A stretch of 35,457 nt of DNA from a virus (lineage: Duplodnaviria > Caudoviricetes): positions 1 through 35,457 of the IMG/VR virus record IMGVR_UViG_3300025018_000332, one strand, 5' to 3'. The notes under the pieces are model-generated. The model was not told where the DNA came from and searched no databases. It saw only the letters and a program-made list of their open reading frames with translations. The translations under genes were made by a program, and so were the position numbers. Shown one piece after another: positions 17,519 to 26,546 of the stretch (its first letter is position 1; every line of letters begins with the position of its first letter).

Positions 17519-18466
17519 ATGACAGAAGATTATGGTATTAAATCTGGATCAAATATAAACACTAACACAGATGTAGAGCTTGATTTAACTAGTAAATACG
17601 GATCTTTAAAGGTTTATAAATGGGATACTGTTACTATAACTCCTGATGGAAATGGAGATGGTCAAGTTGATGTAACACATGATTTAAACTATGCCCCTTC
17701 ATTCTTAGTATTTGTTAAAAATGGTTCATCTTGGTATCAAATAGGAGCTGCGAGCGATTTATTTTTAGGAGATGCTTCAGCAGGAGTTTTTGCTTATACA
17801 GATACATCTAAATTAAGAATACAAACAATAGGCGGCTATTCTAAACTAGCTGCAACATCAAGAACATTTAAATATTATTTATTGGTTGATAAAGCTCAGG
17901 CATTTACAGGACAGTCAAATATATCTCTAACAGACGGTTATGGATTTAAAATATCACAATCTGGAAAAAATGTTTTAACTGGAGAAGAATACGAGATGGC
18001 TGAATCTAGTAAGTATAAATCACTACAATATTTTACAGAGAGTTTACAAGAAGAAACACTAACCCTACCAGCTATGTGGTCAAGTATAGCTAGTCAAGAT
18101 CTAAGTGAAAGCCAATATGTTGATTTCAATCATGGATTAGGATATTCCCCTTTGTTTTTTAGTTGGTTTAAAACATCAACTGTTCTAAAAGAAGCTCCTT
18201 ATAATGAATATGATAGTGTTTTAGGAAGCGACTTAATAACTCAGGAATATTATACTGACTATGATGTGTCCGCTATTTGTGATTCAACAAAAATAAGAGT
18301 CCAGTTTAAAAGAAAATCAAAGTTTGATGCTGACAATTTCGATAGTGATAATAATGGATCAGGATATTCACCAGGTTTATTTAGTACAAATAAACATCTT
18401 GCACAAACAATAACTGTGAGAGTTTTACCTTTTGCAGAAAACTTAGAAGGGCTTAACAATGGCTAA
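17519..18466 (+). CDS. tail-associated protein with internal duplication
   Basis: two YG(I/F)K..S(S/K)Y..L..H(D/G)L.Y.P.F modules; probable start at ATG 17519 (track start 17504). Confidence 0.6.
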   Translation: MTEDYGIKSGSNINTNTDVELDLTSKYGSLKVYKWDTVTITPDGNGDGQVDVTHDLNYAPSFLVFVKNGSSWYQIGAASDLFLGDASAGVFAYTDTSKLRIQTIGGYSKLAATSRTFKYYLLVDKAQAFTGQSNISLTDGYGFKISQSGKNVLTGEEYEMAESSKYKSLQYFTESLQEETLTLPAMWSSIASQDLSESQYVDFNHGLGYSPLFFSWFKTSTVLKEAPYNEYDSVLGSDLITQEYYTDYDVSAICDSTKIRVQFKRKSKFDADNFDSDNNGSGYSPGLFSTNKHLAQTITVRVLPFAENLEGLNNG

Positions 18467-19412
18467 TGAAAACATGTTTTTAGCTGGAAACGAACCTGAT
18501 AACTATTGGAGTGCTACTTTTGGCGATGGTTATTATGTAATGGGAAATCATCCTACTCTTGGCAACCAAGATGGAGCAGTTAGGTTTCCTGGTGTTACAG
18601 GAACGGGTAATTGTGCAGAGGCTAGATTATATCTACATTGCGATGATCGTTCTGGTTCTACTGGAAGTATTTATTTTAATGTCTGGGGTATTGATGAGGA
18701 TAACACATCATTATTTACAGGAAGTCCATTGGGTAGAGCAAAAACTACTGCAACATTTAGATGGGATGAAGGATCTATGCCAGTAGAAGGTACATTTTTA
18801 CCTTATAAAAATGTTACGTCAATAGTTAATGAAATTAGAAGTAGGGGTGGGTGGTCAAGCGGTAATGCAATCGGATTTATATTTACTAATGATGGATCAA
18901 CCACATCAGGCTCATGGTTTTCAGGAGGCACACAAGATGTTCCACCGAGTACGATAACAAACTTGATGATAAGAGAATCGGCTAATCCTAATTTTAATCC
19001 TACTAGTAAAAGTGTTTCTGCTCCTACATTTCCAGCAGCTGATGACTTTGGAATAAAAATATCATATCCAGGATATAGTGTTTTTGATGCTACAGAAGAT
19101 CAATTATACAGAACAACTAGAAAAAAGGTTCATAAAATAATTAGCGAAGGATCAATTAATACTACAGGTGGGGTTACATATAACATAGCTCATGGATTGT
19201 CAGTAATACCATTTGTCCAAGCCTATGCCAAAAGCACTTCTAATAATACAAGATTTAAGTTACCAAGGTATTTCCCAGTAGGAACACAACTAGACCCATC
19301 AGGAGATAATCTACAAGGAACTGTTGAGGTTGATTTAACAAATGTAAAAATAACAACAAGTTTATCTGCAACCGTTTACTATAGAATTTTCATAGACGAA
19401 CTGGAGACATAA
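18459..19412 (+). CDS. tail-associated protein (carbohydrate-binding-like N-terminus plus FGIKIS..HGL module)
   Basis: AEARLYL..NVTSIVNEI..GW pattern; C-terminal module paralogous to the preceding gene. Confidence 0.55.
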   Translation: MANENMFLAGNEPDNYWSATFGDGYYVMGNHPTLGNQDGAVRFPGVTGTGNCAEARLYLHCDDRSGSTGSIYFNVWGIDEDNTSLFTGSPLGRAKTTATFRWDEGSMPVEGTFLPYKNVTSIVNEIRSRGGWSSGNAIGFIFTNDGSTTSGSWFSGGTQDVPPSTITNLMIRESANPNFNPTSKSVSAPTFPAADDFGIKISYPGYSVFDATEDQLYRTTRKKVHKIISEGSINTTGGVTYNIAHGLSVIPFVQAYAKSTSNNTRFKLPRYFPVGTQLDPSGDNLQGTVEVDLTNVKITTSLSATVYYRIFIDELET

Positions 19413-19462
19413 AGAATGATATTATAAGTAAAAAGTGATATATTTAAAACAGGATAACAACT

Positions 19463-20644
19463 ATGGCAAAAACATTTGACCAAACCCTAGCAGAATCAGG
19501 ACAACAATCTACATTAGATCAATTAAGAAAATCTGGTCAATATGATTCAGCTCTAGCAGAATTTAATAAATCGGGATCATTACCATCCTTCGGTAGTTCT
19601 AGACAAGCGACAGAATTTGCTAATGCAGGCCAAGCAGATCCAGTAGTTCAATCAAGAGAAGACATTAGAGCTAGTATTGAAGCAGAGCTTGATCTACCAG
19701 ATAGGCCAGAAGTACCATCATTACTTGAGACTTTCAAGACTCAGAAGACAGAAGCAGGTTTAGACACCTTACAAGAAGAAATTAATACATTAAAAGCAGC
19801 AGAAAGAGAACTAGTTGCAGAAACAAGACAGAGAAAACAAGGAGAGATAGATAAACCAGTAGCTATGGGTGTTATTGGTGGAAGAGTTACAGAGGTAGAG
19901 AGACAGCAATCAGAGAGAATAGACGTAGTGCAGAGACAACTTGCTAATAAAACAGATCAATATAATTCAGCACTCAATGGTATCCAGATGATCATGAGCT
20001 TTACACAGCAAGACTATGATAATGCCACAGCATCATTTAATTCACAATTTACTCAGAACCTAGCTACTATCAATGCTATTACAGGCATCCAAAATGATCA
20101 AAAGGATGAAGTACAGCGTGCAAAAGATAATGCTAATGCTACTCTTTCAGTTATGATGAACGCAGTAACTAGTGGGAACATTAATTACTCAGATTTATCA
20201 TCAGATCAGAAACTAAATATTTCTAAGTTAGAGGCAAGAGCAGGCCTACCTGTTGGGTTTATGTCTAACCTGAAGATGTCTCCTAGTGATAAATTACTAA
20301 ACGTAAACCCTGATACAGGTGAGGCTTTAATGATTGATGAAAACGGTAACTTCATAGTTAAGAAAACTGGCATGACTATAGCTCCTAAGGCTGGAAAAGA
20401 ATTAAGTGGGACTAGTTTATTGCAAGCAGCTCAGAGCGAAATAATATCTCAAGCTAGAAGTAGTAATAAAATCAATAATTATGGACACATACATCCAGAT
20501 GACTGGAATAGAATGAAGCAAGCATGGTTAAGTGAGGGATTTAATGGTAGTGAGTTTGATTCGAGATTTGCTTCTTTTGTTGATCCCAATAGGACTGATA
20601 GTGCATACAATCTACAAGAGAGAAAAGAAGAGTCGCTTTTTTAA
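19463..20644 (+). CDS. putative internal virion/DNA ejection protein
   Basis: Q/A-rich coiled coil located between tail genes and the giant protein. Confidence 0.6.
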   Translation: MAKTFDQTLAESGQQSTLDQLRKSGQYDSALAEFNKSGSLPSFGSSRQATEFANAGQADPVVQSREDIRASIEAELDLPDRPEVPSLLETFKTQKTEAGLDTLQEEINTLKAAERELVAETRQRKQGEIDKPVAMGVIGGRVTEVERQQSERIDVVQRQLANKTDQYNSALNGIQMIMSFTQQDYDNATASFNSQFTQNLATINAITGIQNDQKDEVQRAKDNANATLSVMMNAVTSGNINYSDLSSDQKLNISKLEARAGLPVGFMSNLKMSPSDKLLNVNPDTGEALMIDENGNFIVKKTGMTIAPKAGKELSGTSLLQAAQSEIISQARSSNKINNYGHIHPDDWNRMKQAWLSEGFNGSEFDSRFASFVDPNRTDSAYNLQERKEESLF

Positions 20645-20653
20645 GAAATAAAC

Positions 20654-23600
20654 ATGTCTAATTTTAAATATTTATCAAACATCTTTGAAGATGATGATAA
20701 AAAGAAAAAAAAACCATCTCAAATAGCTGCTGAACAGAACAAGCAACAATTTAAATACGTCTCAAACATTTTCGAAGTTCCAAAAGATAAGGAAAATGTA
20801 CAACAAGAACTAGGTGTAGTTAGACAAAGGGAGAAGGAAGAGAGAGAGTTCGTTCCAGAGCCTACGCCAGAGCCAGAAAAAAATATATTTCAAAAAGGAA
20901 TAGAAACAGTTAAAAACTTTTTAAAGAAGAAAGAGGTTCCTCAGGGATTGAGTTCTGATTTAAACAAGGCATTATCAGAGATTGAGGGTAAGCAACAATC
21001 TAAACAGAAAAACCCCTTTTTGGAGGACTCAGGAGAGGTTAAGACTAGTATACAGTCTGCTACACCATCTCAGAAGATAATTAAAGACCTTGGAGAGTTC
21101 TTTGATAAAAGAAGAGAAGGAAAAGAAGAACGTATTGAGAACGCTAGAAAATCTATTGACACATTAAACAGTCAGCTTAGAGCAGTTGAAATAGCCTCAG
21201 AATTTCAGGATAACTTAGAGCCACAAAGAGAGGTATTAGAAAGAAAGAAAAAACTTTACGAAGAATACTTAGAAAATCCAGGTGGAGATCCCGACGAATT
21301 TGTAGACGTTAACCTAAGAAGAAAAGGTCTTCCTGAGGGTTATAAAGAACCAGGTATTATCGGTCAGATGACAGATGGATTTTTACAAGGTTCTGTAGAA
21401 ATGTTGTCATCTTCTGCTGCTCAAGTTGAATCAATGTTTGGCCAAGCTGGACTTATATATTTATCAGAACAAGCAAACAAATCAAAGATTTTCTTTGATC
21501 AACAGCTAGCAAAAAATCCAGAGTGGGAAAAACCTACGGATATAGGTAAGTGGGAGGATCCCGTGTTTTATGCTCGATTAGTTAGTGAGGGTGTGCCTTC
21601 AATATTAGGATCAGTAGTTGTCGGTACTACTGCTGCTATGGCTACTGGTGGAGGTGCAGCTATAGCACTACCCGTTGGATTTGCTTATTCATTCCTAACA
21701 GAAGGTGGCTCTGCTTATAAAGAAGCTGAAGAGTTTGGATTATCAAAAGAAGAGGCTGCTTTCTCAGGGAATACAGTTGGAGCAATAAATGGATTAATTG
21801 AGTCTATTCCCTTATTTGGATGGGTTGGCGGAAAAATAGGGACAAAGGCCACTAAAGAGATAGTAGAAGAGATATCTCCATCAATTACTAGAAATATAAT
21901 CAAAGAAGTTAAAAAAAGAGGTTTCGATTCTGTTAAGAACTTCCTTGAAGAAGCTGGGCAAGAATCAATCCAACAGGTTGTAAGTAACTCAGTAGCTCAG
22001 TCATATGATGAAGATAGAAGCATTTGGGATGGAGTACTGGAATCATTTGTAGCAGGTGGAATTTTAGGTGGATTATCTGGTGTAGTTAAAGGAGATGTCT
22101 CAGAAGTAATAGCGAAACCATCTTTACAAGAACAAGTACAAGAAGATCAGGAGATATCTAAAAAACCCCCAGGAGAGCTAAGTTTAGGTAAAGAAATAGA
22201 AGTAGAGATTGAGGGAGATGTAAATACAGGTAATGAAGTTTTAGAAGACGGTAAGAAAATAGGAGAAGTATCTATTCAAGAATCTACTTCAAGAGCTGAT
22301 CAGGAAATAGTAGCTTTAAAATCTACTCAAGCAGGAGCTGGTACCAAGATAGTCCAAGATTTATTAAACAAGAGCGATGAGTATTATGTTAGATCTACTC
22401 CAGATGCCAAGGGTTTCTGGGAGAAGATGGGAATTACTGATTGGAAATATAACGATGATGCTGGCCTATATGAGGGATTCCTTACTAAAGAAAACTTTGA
22501 TAATAGGGGTGCTAAGTTATCAGAAGGACAAGAAACAGAAGTTCCATTAGCAGATATTAAAACTAATCTAGAACCTATTGTAGAAGAGAGAGCGAATACT
22601 CAAACAGCTAAGATAAAATCTATAGAAGAATCAATCACTAGAGGGGATAAAATACCACCCATTCCAGTATTCAAGAGTGATGGAGAATATATAACAAACA
22701 AAGACGGTTTTAACCGTTTAACAGCCTACAGAAACTTAGGAATAGAGAATGTCCCCGTAAGAATCGAAGAAGAAACAACCCTAACAGGAACGGCTAAGCA
22801 AAAGGTAGAACGTGCTAAAGCAGTTAAAGAAGGTACAGCTAAACAGGAAACACTAGGAGAATACTATTCTAAACAAGACCAAGAGGCAGTAGGTCAAGCT
22901 TGGTTTGAAGTAATGAGTGAGTTAGATGTTGCAGAAGCAGGTCAAAGACTATTTAGTGAGCAAGGAGAGTTTACGGGATCACTTAGTTCAACATTCCCAG
23001 ATTGGGTACCTAGTGAGCTAAGAAACAGAAAACTATTTGATAGTGTCCTAAAAGGATTGGAAGATCCAAATAATGTCGAATTTCCACCTAATTCACAACC
23101 AAGGAAACAAGAACTTTACGAATATATATTATCAGAGATTGATTCACGTGCTGGTACTGATAGCACCGAGATCATAGAAAGGGTCAGAAATGCCACAAAA
23201 GAAGAAAAGTCTAAAGAAATTGCTCCTAGCAGCGTTGAAAGAAGCCAAGAAACAAAGCAAAAAATAGAGGACTATATCTCAAAGAGGGGTACAGTTAAGT
23301 TCAGACAACTAGAGAAAACACCATTATCACAAACAGTTACAACTAACAGATTTGTTACTAATACTAAGGACTTTCAAGATGCTCTTGAGGATGTAATAGC
23401 TGGTAGGAGATCCTTTAGTAAACTTCCCGCACTAGTTAAAATAAACTCTGATGGGAGTATCAGCATAATAGATGGAAATCATAGGATTGCAGAGGCTTTA
23501 CTTAATGGCCAGGAGAATATAGACGTAATTACTGATGAAAAAGCATATATAAAACTAGCTGAACTAGAGGATGGGGTAATCCCATTTAAAAGAGGAACAG

Positions 23601-26131
23601 ATCTAAAGAAAGCCGCCAATAAATTTGATAGTTTAAATGATTTTGTTGATTCATATGGAGTTAAAGCACTACATGGGACTGCTGCTACATTCGATATTTT
23701 TGAATCTGATTTCAAAGGAACTGTAACAGGGGCAGAGAGCGCAAGAGGAGCGTTCTGGTTTACTGATGATGAAGCTACTGCAAGAGCCTATGCAGTTTAC
23801 GCTGCTGAAGAGGCTCCTGTACAAAACATATTAAATGAAGCTGCTGAAGTTGAGAAAGAAGCTCAGAGAACTGGGAAAAGAGAACTTTGGGATAAATATG
23901 ATGAGTTAATTATAAAATCAGAAGAAATGTCTGAGTATGATGCTACTTTTGAAAGAAGACAGAAACTAGCAAATGTTAAAGAAGTCAGATTAAACGGTAA
24001 ATTTCTAGAGTTGGATGCAAAAGGAAAAACCCCTCAAGAATTATCTTCTGATGATAATATAGATAGTTGGCTTGACGCAAAGGTAAAAGAAGCTCAGAAA
24101 AAAGGCTATGCTGGTCTTAAAATAAATAATCTTAATGATGCTGTTGGTTTATATGAAAGGCCATCTACTCACTATGCTGTTTTTGACCCTGAGAACATTA
24201 AAACAATAGAACAGCTTACCAGTTTATTTAATGAGTCAAAAGATAGGTCTGTGAGAGACGAGAGGGGTAGATTTGCTGGGAGCAGGAAGAAAGTAGAAGA
24301 ATACGTTGCCAATAGAAAACAAACCAAGTTCAGAACAGTCCCATACTCAGATACATTTAATCTTAACGACCCTGATGATGCAGCATATGTATCTAGAGTA
24401 TTTAGTGAGTCTAAGGTAGAAGAATTTAAAAATGGAGAGTTTAGTCCTTACTCAAAAGAAAGAGTAGAAGAGATATTAAGAGCCAATATTGTTACTGAAG
24501 AATTTACTAGAGAGCCATTAAAAACTCAAAAGTATAAAGGTACTAAAACTTTCTATCATGGTACTGCGTTAGAAAACTTATCTTCTATAGAAGAAAGTGG
24601 TTTCAAAAAAGGAGCTGAGCTATCAGATGAAGTAAGAAGAGGCGGTGGTTATGGAAAGATGCAAGATAGCGTTAGTTTATCCTCAAGCCCTGCCATAGCT
24701 AGTATTTTTACTGGAAGTAGTGATAAAGGAGCATTAATTAAAGTTCAGGTATCTGATGACGCAAAAATAGTAGCGTCTAAACAGATTGAAGATGCTATTG
24801 ATCTCAATGATCATGCTGATGAACTAAGAAATAACGGGGTTGATGCAGTATGGATTGGCAAAGGAGAAAAAGAACTAGTAGTTTTAAACCCAGATATAAT
24901 AAACATTGTTAAATCAAAAGAATTTGATACATACGGCAAATTAAAAGACGGTCAATTAAAAGAATTTTATGATGAATATGGAAATACCTCTAGGGATCTT
25001 AAAGAAATGTTTAGGGTCAAAGATGATGTTGAAAAGATAACAGGCCAGACTATTACTGATGCTCAAGAACAGGAATTAATTGATCTTAATAAGAAAATAT
25101 TTGGTGATGATAATGTGAAGATAACACTTCAGATCATGGCCAACAGACAGGCTTTAGGATCAAGCAAAGATGGCATGATCACTATTGTAGATGGCCAAGC
25201 TAACCCAAAAGAAACTTTTTATCATGAAGCCGTACATAAATATATTGATATCTTTACTACTAGAGAAGAGCAGGTGGCCTTATTTGAGGCTGGTATAGAG
25301 AAATACGGCACAGATGACTTGGCACAGGTAGAAGAGAACATTGCAGAAGACTTTATTAAATTTGCTAAGAGCAGAGAGGGATTCACAGGATTTATTAAAA
25401 AGATCTTTGACAGGATTTTCGGAAGGATTAATTCATACTTATCTAATGAGAACGAAATTGAATCACTTTATAATAAGATATTAGCTCCAGCTGAAGCAAA
25501 GAAAAAAACATTAGACCAAGATCCACAAAAGAAATTTGATAAAGATGGTGAAGAAAAAGAGCCAGTAGCTAAAAAAGGTAAGGGGGGAATATTTAACCGA
25601 GTATATGATGAGTTAAAACTAGAAACAAATGTAGAAGATAATTTTGAATCAATTACTTTAAGAGATCAGGCTAAAAGAGCTACAAACTACTTAGAGAAAA
25701 ATCCAGAACAAGCCGTCTTAGTAGCCTTGAGACAAAAATCAGCACCTAAAGGAGTTACATTTGAAGCACTCAACATAGCAGTTTCTAAACAAGCTTTAGC
25801 AAATAATGAAATGCAACTATATACCGACACAGTTGCTGCGAGGTCAATTATTACGGCTAGATCAGCTCAGGGTCTAGGTCTTGAAAGATTAGTTAACTCA
25901 CTTTCAACAGATAAGTTCGTACAGCAAGTATTTAGAGATAGATTACTTAAACTATCAACACAAAAAGGATTTATAGATAGATTTAAGGGTGCATTCAAGA
26001 AAGGTGGTAAGATTACCTTAGGACTAGATATTATTACCGAGAACGCAGTAGCAGCAAAGAGAAAAATAGATAATAAAGTCAAAGCTAAAATAGCGTCAGC
26101 TCAATCAATAATAGATGCACTAACCTGTTAA
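20654..26131 (+). CDS. giant ejection/polyvalent protein (GNAT, two ParB/Srx-like, two ART-like, HExxH peptidase-like modules)
   Basis: Gly-rich hydrophobic helices; GAGTKI..AKGFWEKMG; DGFNRL and DGNHRI; ALHGT..FWFT..YAVFDP; FYHGT..SLS..ELVVLN; HEAVH at 25223-25237. Confidence 0.75.
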   Translation: MSNFKYLSNIFEDDDKKKKKPSQIAAEQNKQQFKYVSNIFEVPKDKENVQQELGVVRQREKEEREFVPEPTPEPEKNIFQKGIETVKNFLKKKEVPQGLSSDLNKALSEIEGKQQSKQKNPFLEDSGEVKTSIQSATPSQKIIKDLGEFFDKRREGKEERIENARKSIDTLNSQLRAVEIASEFQDNLEPQREVLERKKKLYEEYLENPGGDPDEFVDVNLRRKGLPEGYKEPGIIGQMTDGFLQGSVEMLSSSAAQVESMFGQAGLIYLSEQANKSKIFFDQQLAKNPEWEKPTDIGKWEDPVFYARLVSEGVPSILGSVVVGTTAAMATGGGAAIALPVGFAYSFLTEGGSAYKEAEEFGLSKEEAAFSGNTVGAINGLIESIPLFGWVGGKIGTKATKEIVEEISPSITRNIIKEVKKRGFDSVKNFLEEAGQESIQQVVSNSVAQSYDEDRSIWDGVLESFVAGGILGGLSGVVKGDVSEVIAKPSLQEQVQEDQEISKKPPGELSLGKEIEVEIEGDVNTGNEVLEDGKKIGEVSIQESTSRADQEIVALKSTQAGAGTKIVQDLLNKSDEYYVRSTPDAKGFWEKMGITDWKYNDDAGLYEGFLTKENFDNRGAKLSEGQETEVPLADIKTNLEPIVEERANTQTAKIKSIEESITRGDKIPPIPVFKSDGEYITNKDGFNRLTAYRNLGIENVPVRIEEETTLTGTAKQKVERAKAVKEGTAKQETLGEYYSKQDQEAVGQAWFEVMSELDVAEAGQRLFSEQGEFTGSLSSTFPDWVPSELRNRKLFDSVLKGLEDPNNVEFPPNSQPRKQELYEYILSEIDSRAGTDSTEIIERVRNATKEEKSKEIAPSSVERSQETKQKIEDYISKRGTVKFRQLEKTPLSQTVTTNRFVTNTKDFQDALEDVIAGRRSFSKLPALVKINSDGSISIIDGNHRIAEALLNGQENIDVITDEKAYIKLAELEDGVIPFKRGTDLKKAANKFDSLNDFVDSYGVKALHGTAATFDIFESDFKGTVTGAESARGAFWFTDDEATARAYAVYAAEEAPVQNILNEAAEVEKEAQRTGKRELWDKYDELIIKSEEMSEYDATFERRQKLANVKEVRLNGKFLELDAKGKTPQELSSDDNIDSWLDAKVKEAQKKGYAGLKINNLNDAVGLYERPSTHYAVFDPENIKTIEQLTSLFNESKDRSVRDERGRFAGSRKKVEEYVANRKQTKFRTVPYSDTFNLNDPDDAAYVSRVFSESKVEEFKNGEFSPYSKERVEEILRANIVTEEFTREPLKTQKYKGTKTFYHGTALENLSSIEESGFKKGAELSDEVRRGGGYGKMQDSVSLSSSPAIASIFTGSSDKGALIKVQVSDDAKIVASKQIEDAIDLNDHADELRNNGVDAVWIGKGEKELVVLNPDIINIVKSKEFDTYGKLKDGQLKEFYDEYGNTSRDLKEMFRVKDDVEKITGQTITDAQEQELIDLNKKIFGDDNVKITLQIMANRQALGSSKDGMITIVDGQANPKETFYHEAVHKYIDIFTTREEQVALFEAGIEKYGTDDLAQVEENIAEDFIKFAKSREGFTGFIKKIFDRIFGRINSYLSNENEIESLYNKILAPAEAKKKTLDQDPQKKFDKDGEEKEPVAKKGKGGIFNRVYDELKLETNVEDNFESITLRDQAKRATNYLEKNPEQAVLVALRQKSAPKGVTFEALNIAVSKQALANNEMQLYTDTVAARSIITARSAQGLGLERLVNSLSTDKFVQQVFRDRLLKLSTQKGFIDRFKGAFKKGGKITLGLDIITENAVAAKRKIDNKVKAKIASAQSIIDALTC

Positions 26132-26132
26132 T

Positions 26133-26546
26133 ATGAAAAACAAAAACCTAAATACTGTATGGAAAAACATGAGGCAGCGTTGCTATAACAAGAATAGGCC
26201 TAATTTTAAATATTATGGAGGTAGAGGTATTTCTGTATGTAAAGATTGGAATTCATTTGCTGGGTTTTGTAAAGACATGGAGAGTGATTATAAGCCTGGA
26301 TTAACTCTTGATAGGATAGATAACAATGGTAATTATTGTAAAGAAAATTGCCGATGGGTAACAATGAGTGTCCAAAACAATAATAAGAGTTGGAATAAGA
26401 ACATAACTTATAAGGGGATAACTAGAAACATAAATCAATGGGCGAAACATTTAGAAATGAACAGAATAACCTTATGGTCTAGATTATATAAAAGCAAATG
26501 GTCTATTGAGAGATCGTTTACTGAGAAAGTGAGAATATGGCCGTAA
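26133..26546 (+). mobile_element. free-standing HNH homing endonuclease gene
   Basis: WKNMRQRC..YGGRGISVC..TLDRIDNNGNYCKENCRW..QNNNK; flanked by an AATATG direct repeat. Confidence 0.85.

Noticed and set aside
18559-18786. Overlapping plus-strand 75-aa ORF inside the tail gene
   Set aside because: Alternate-frame ORF with no convincing SD or motif.
21525-21535. GGGAAAAACCT, a box-like sequence in the giant gene
   Set aside because: Mid-CDS (W-E-K-P codons), no promoter or terminator context, and only a partial match.
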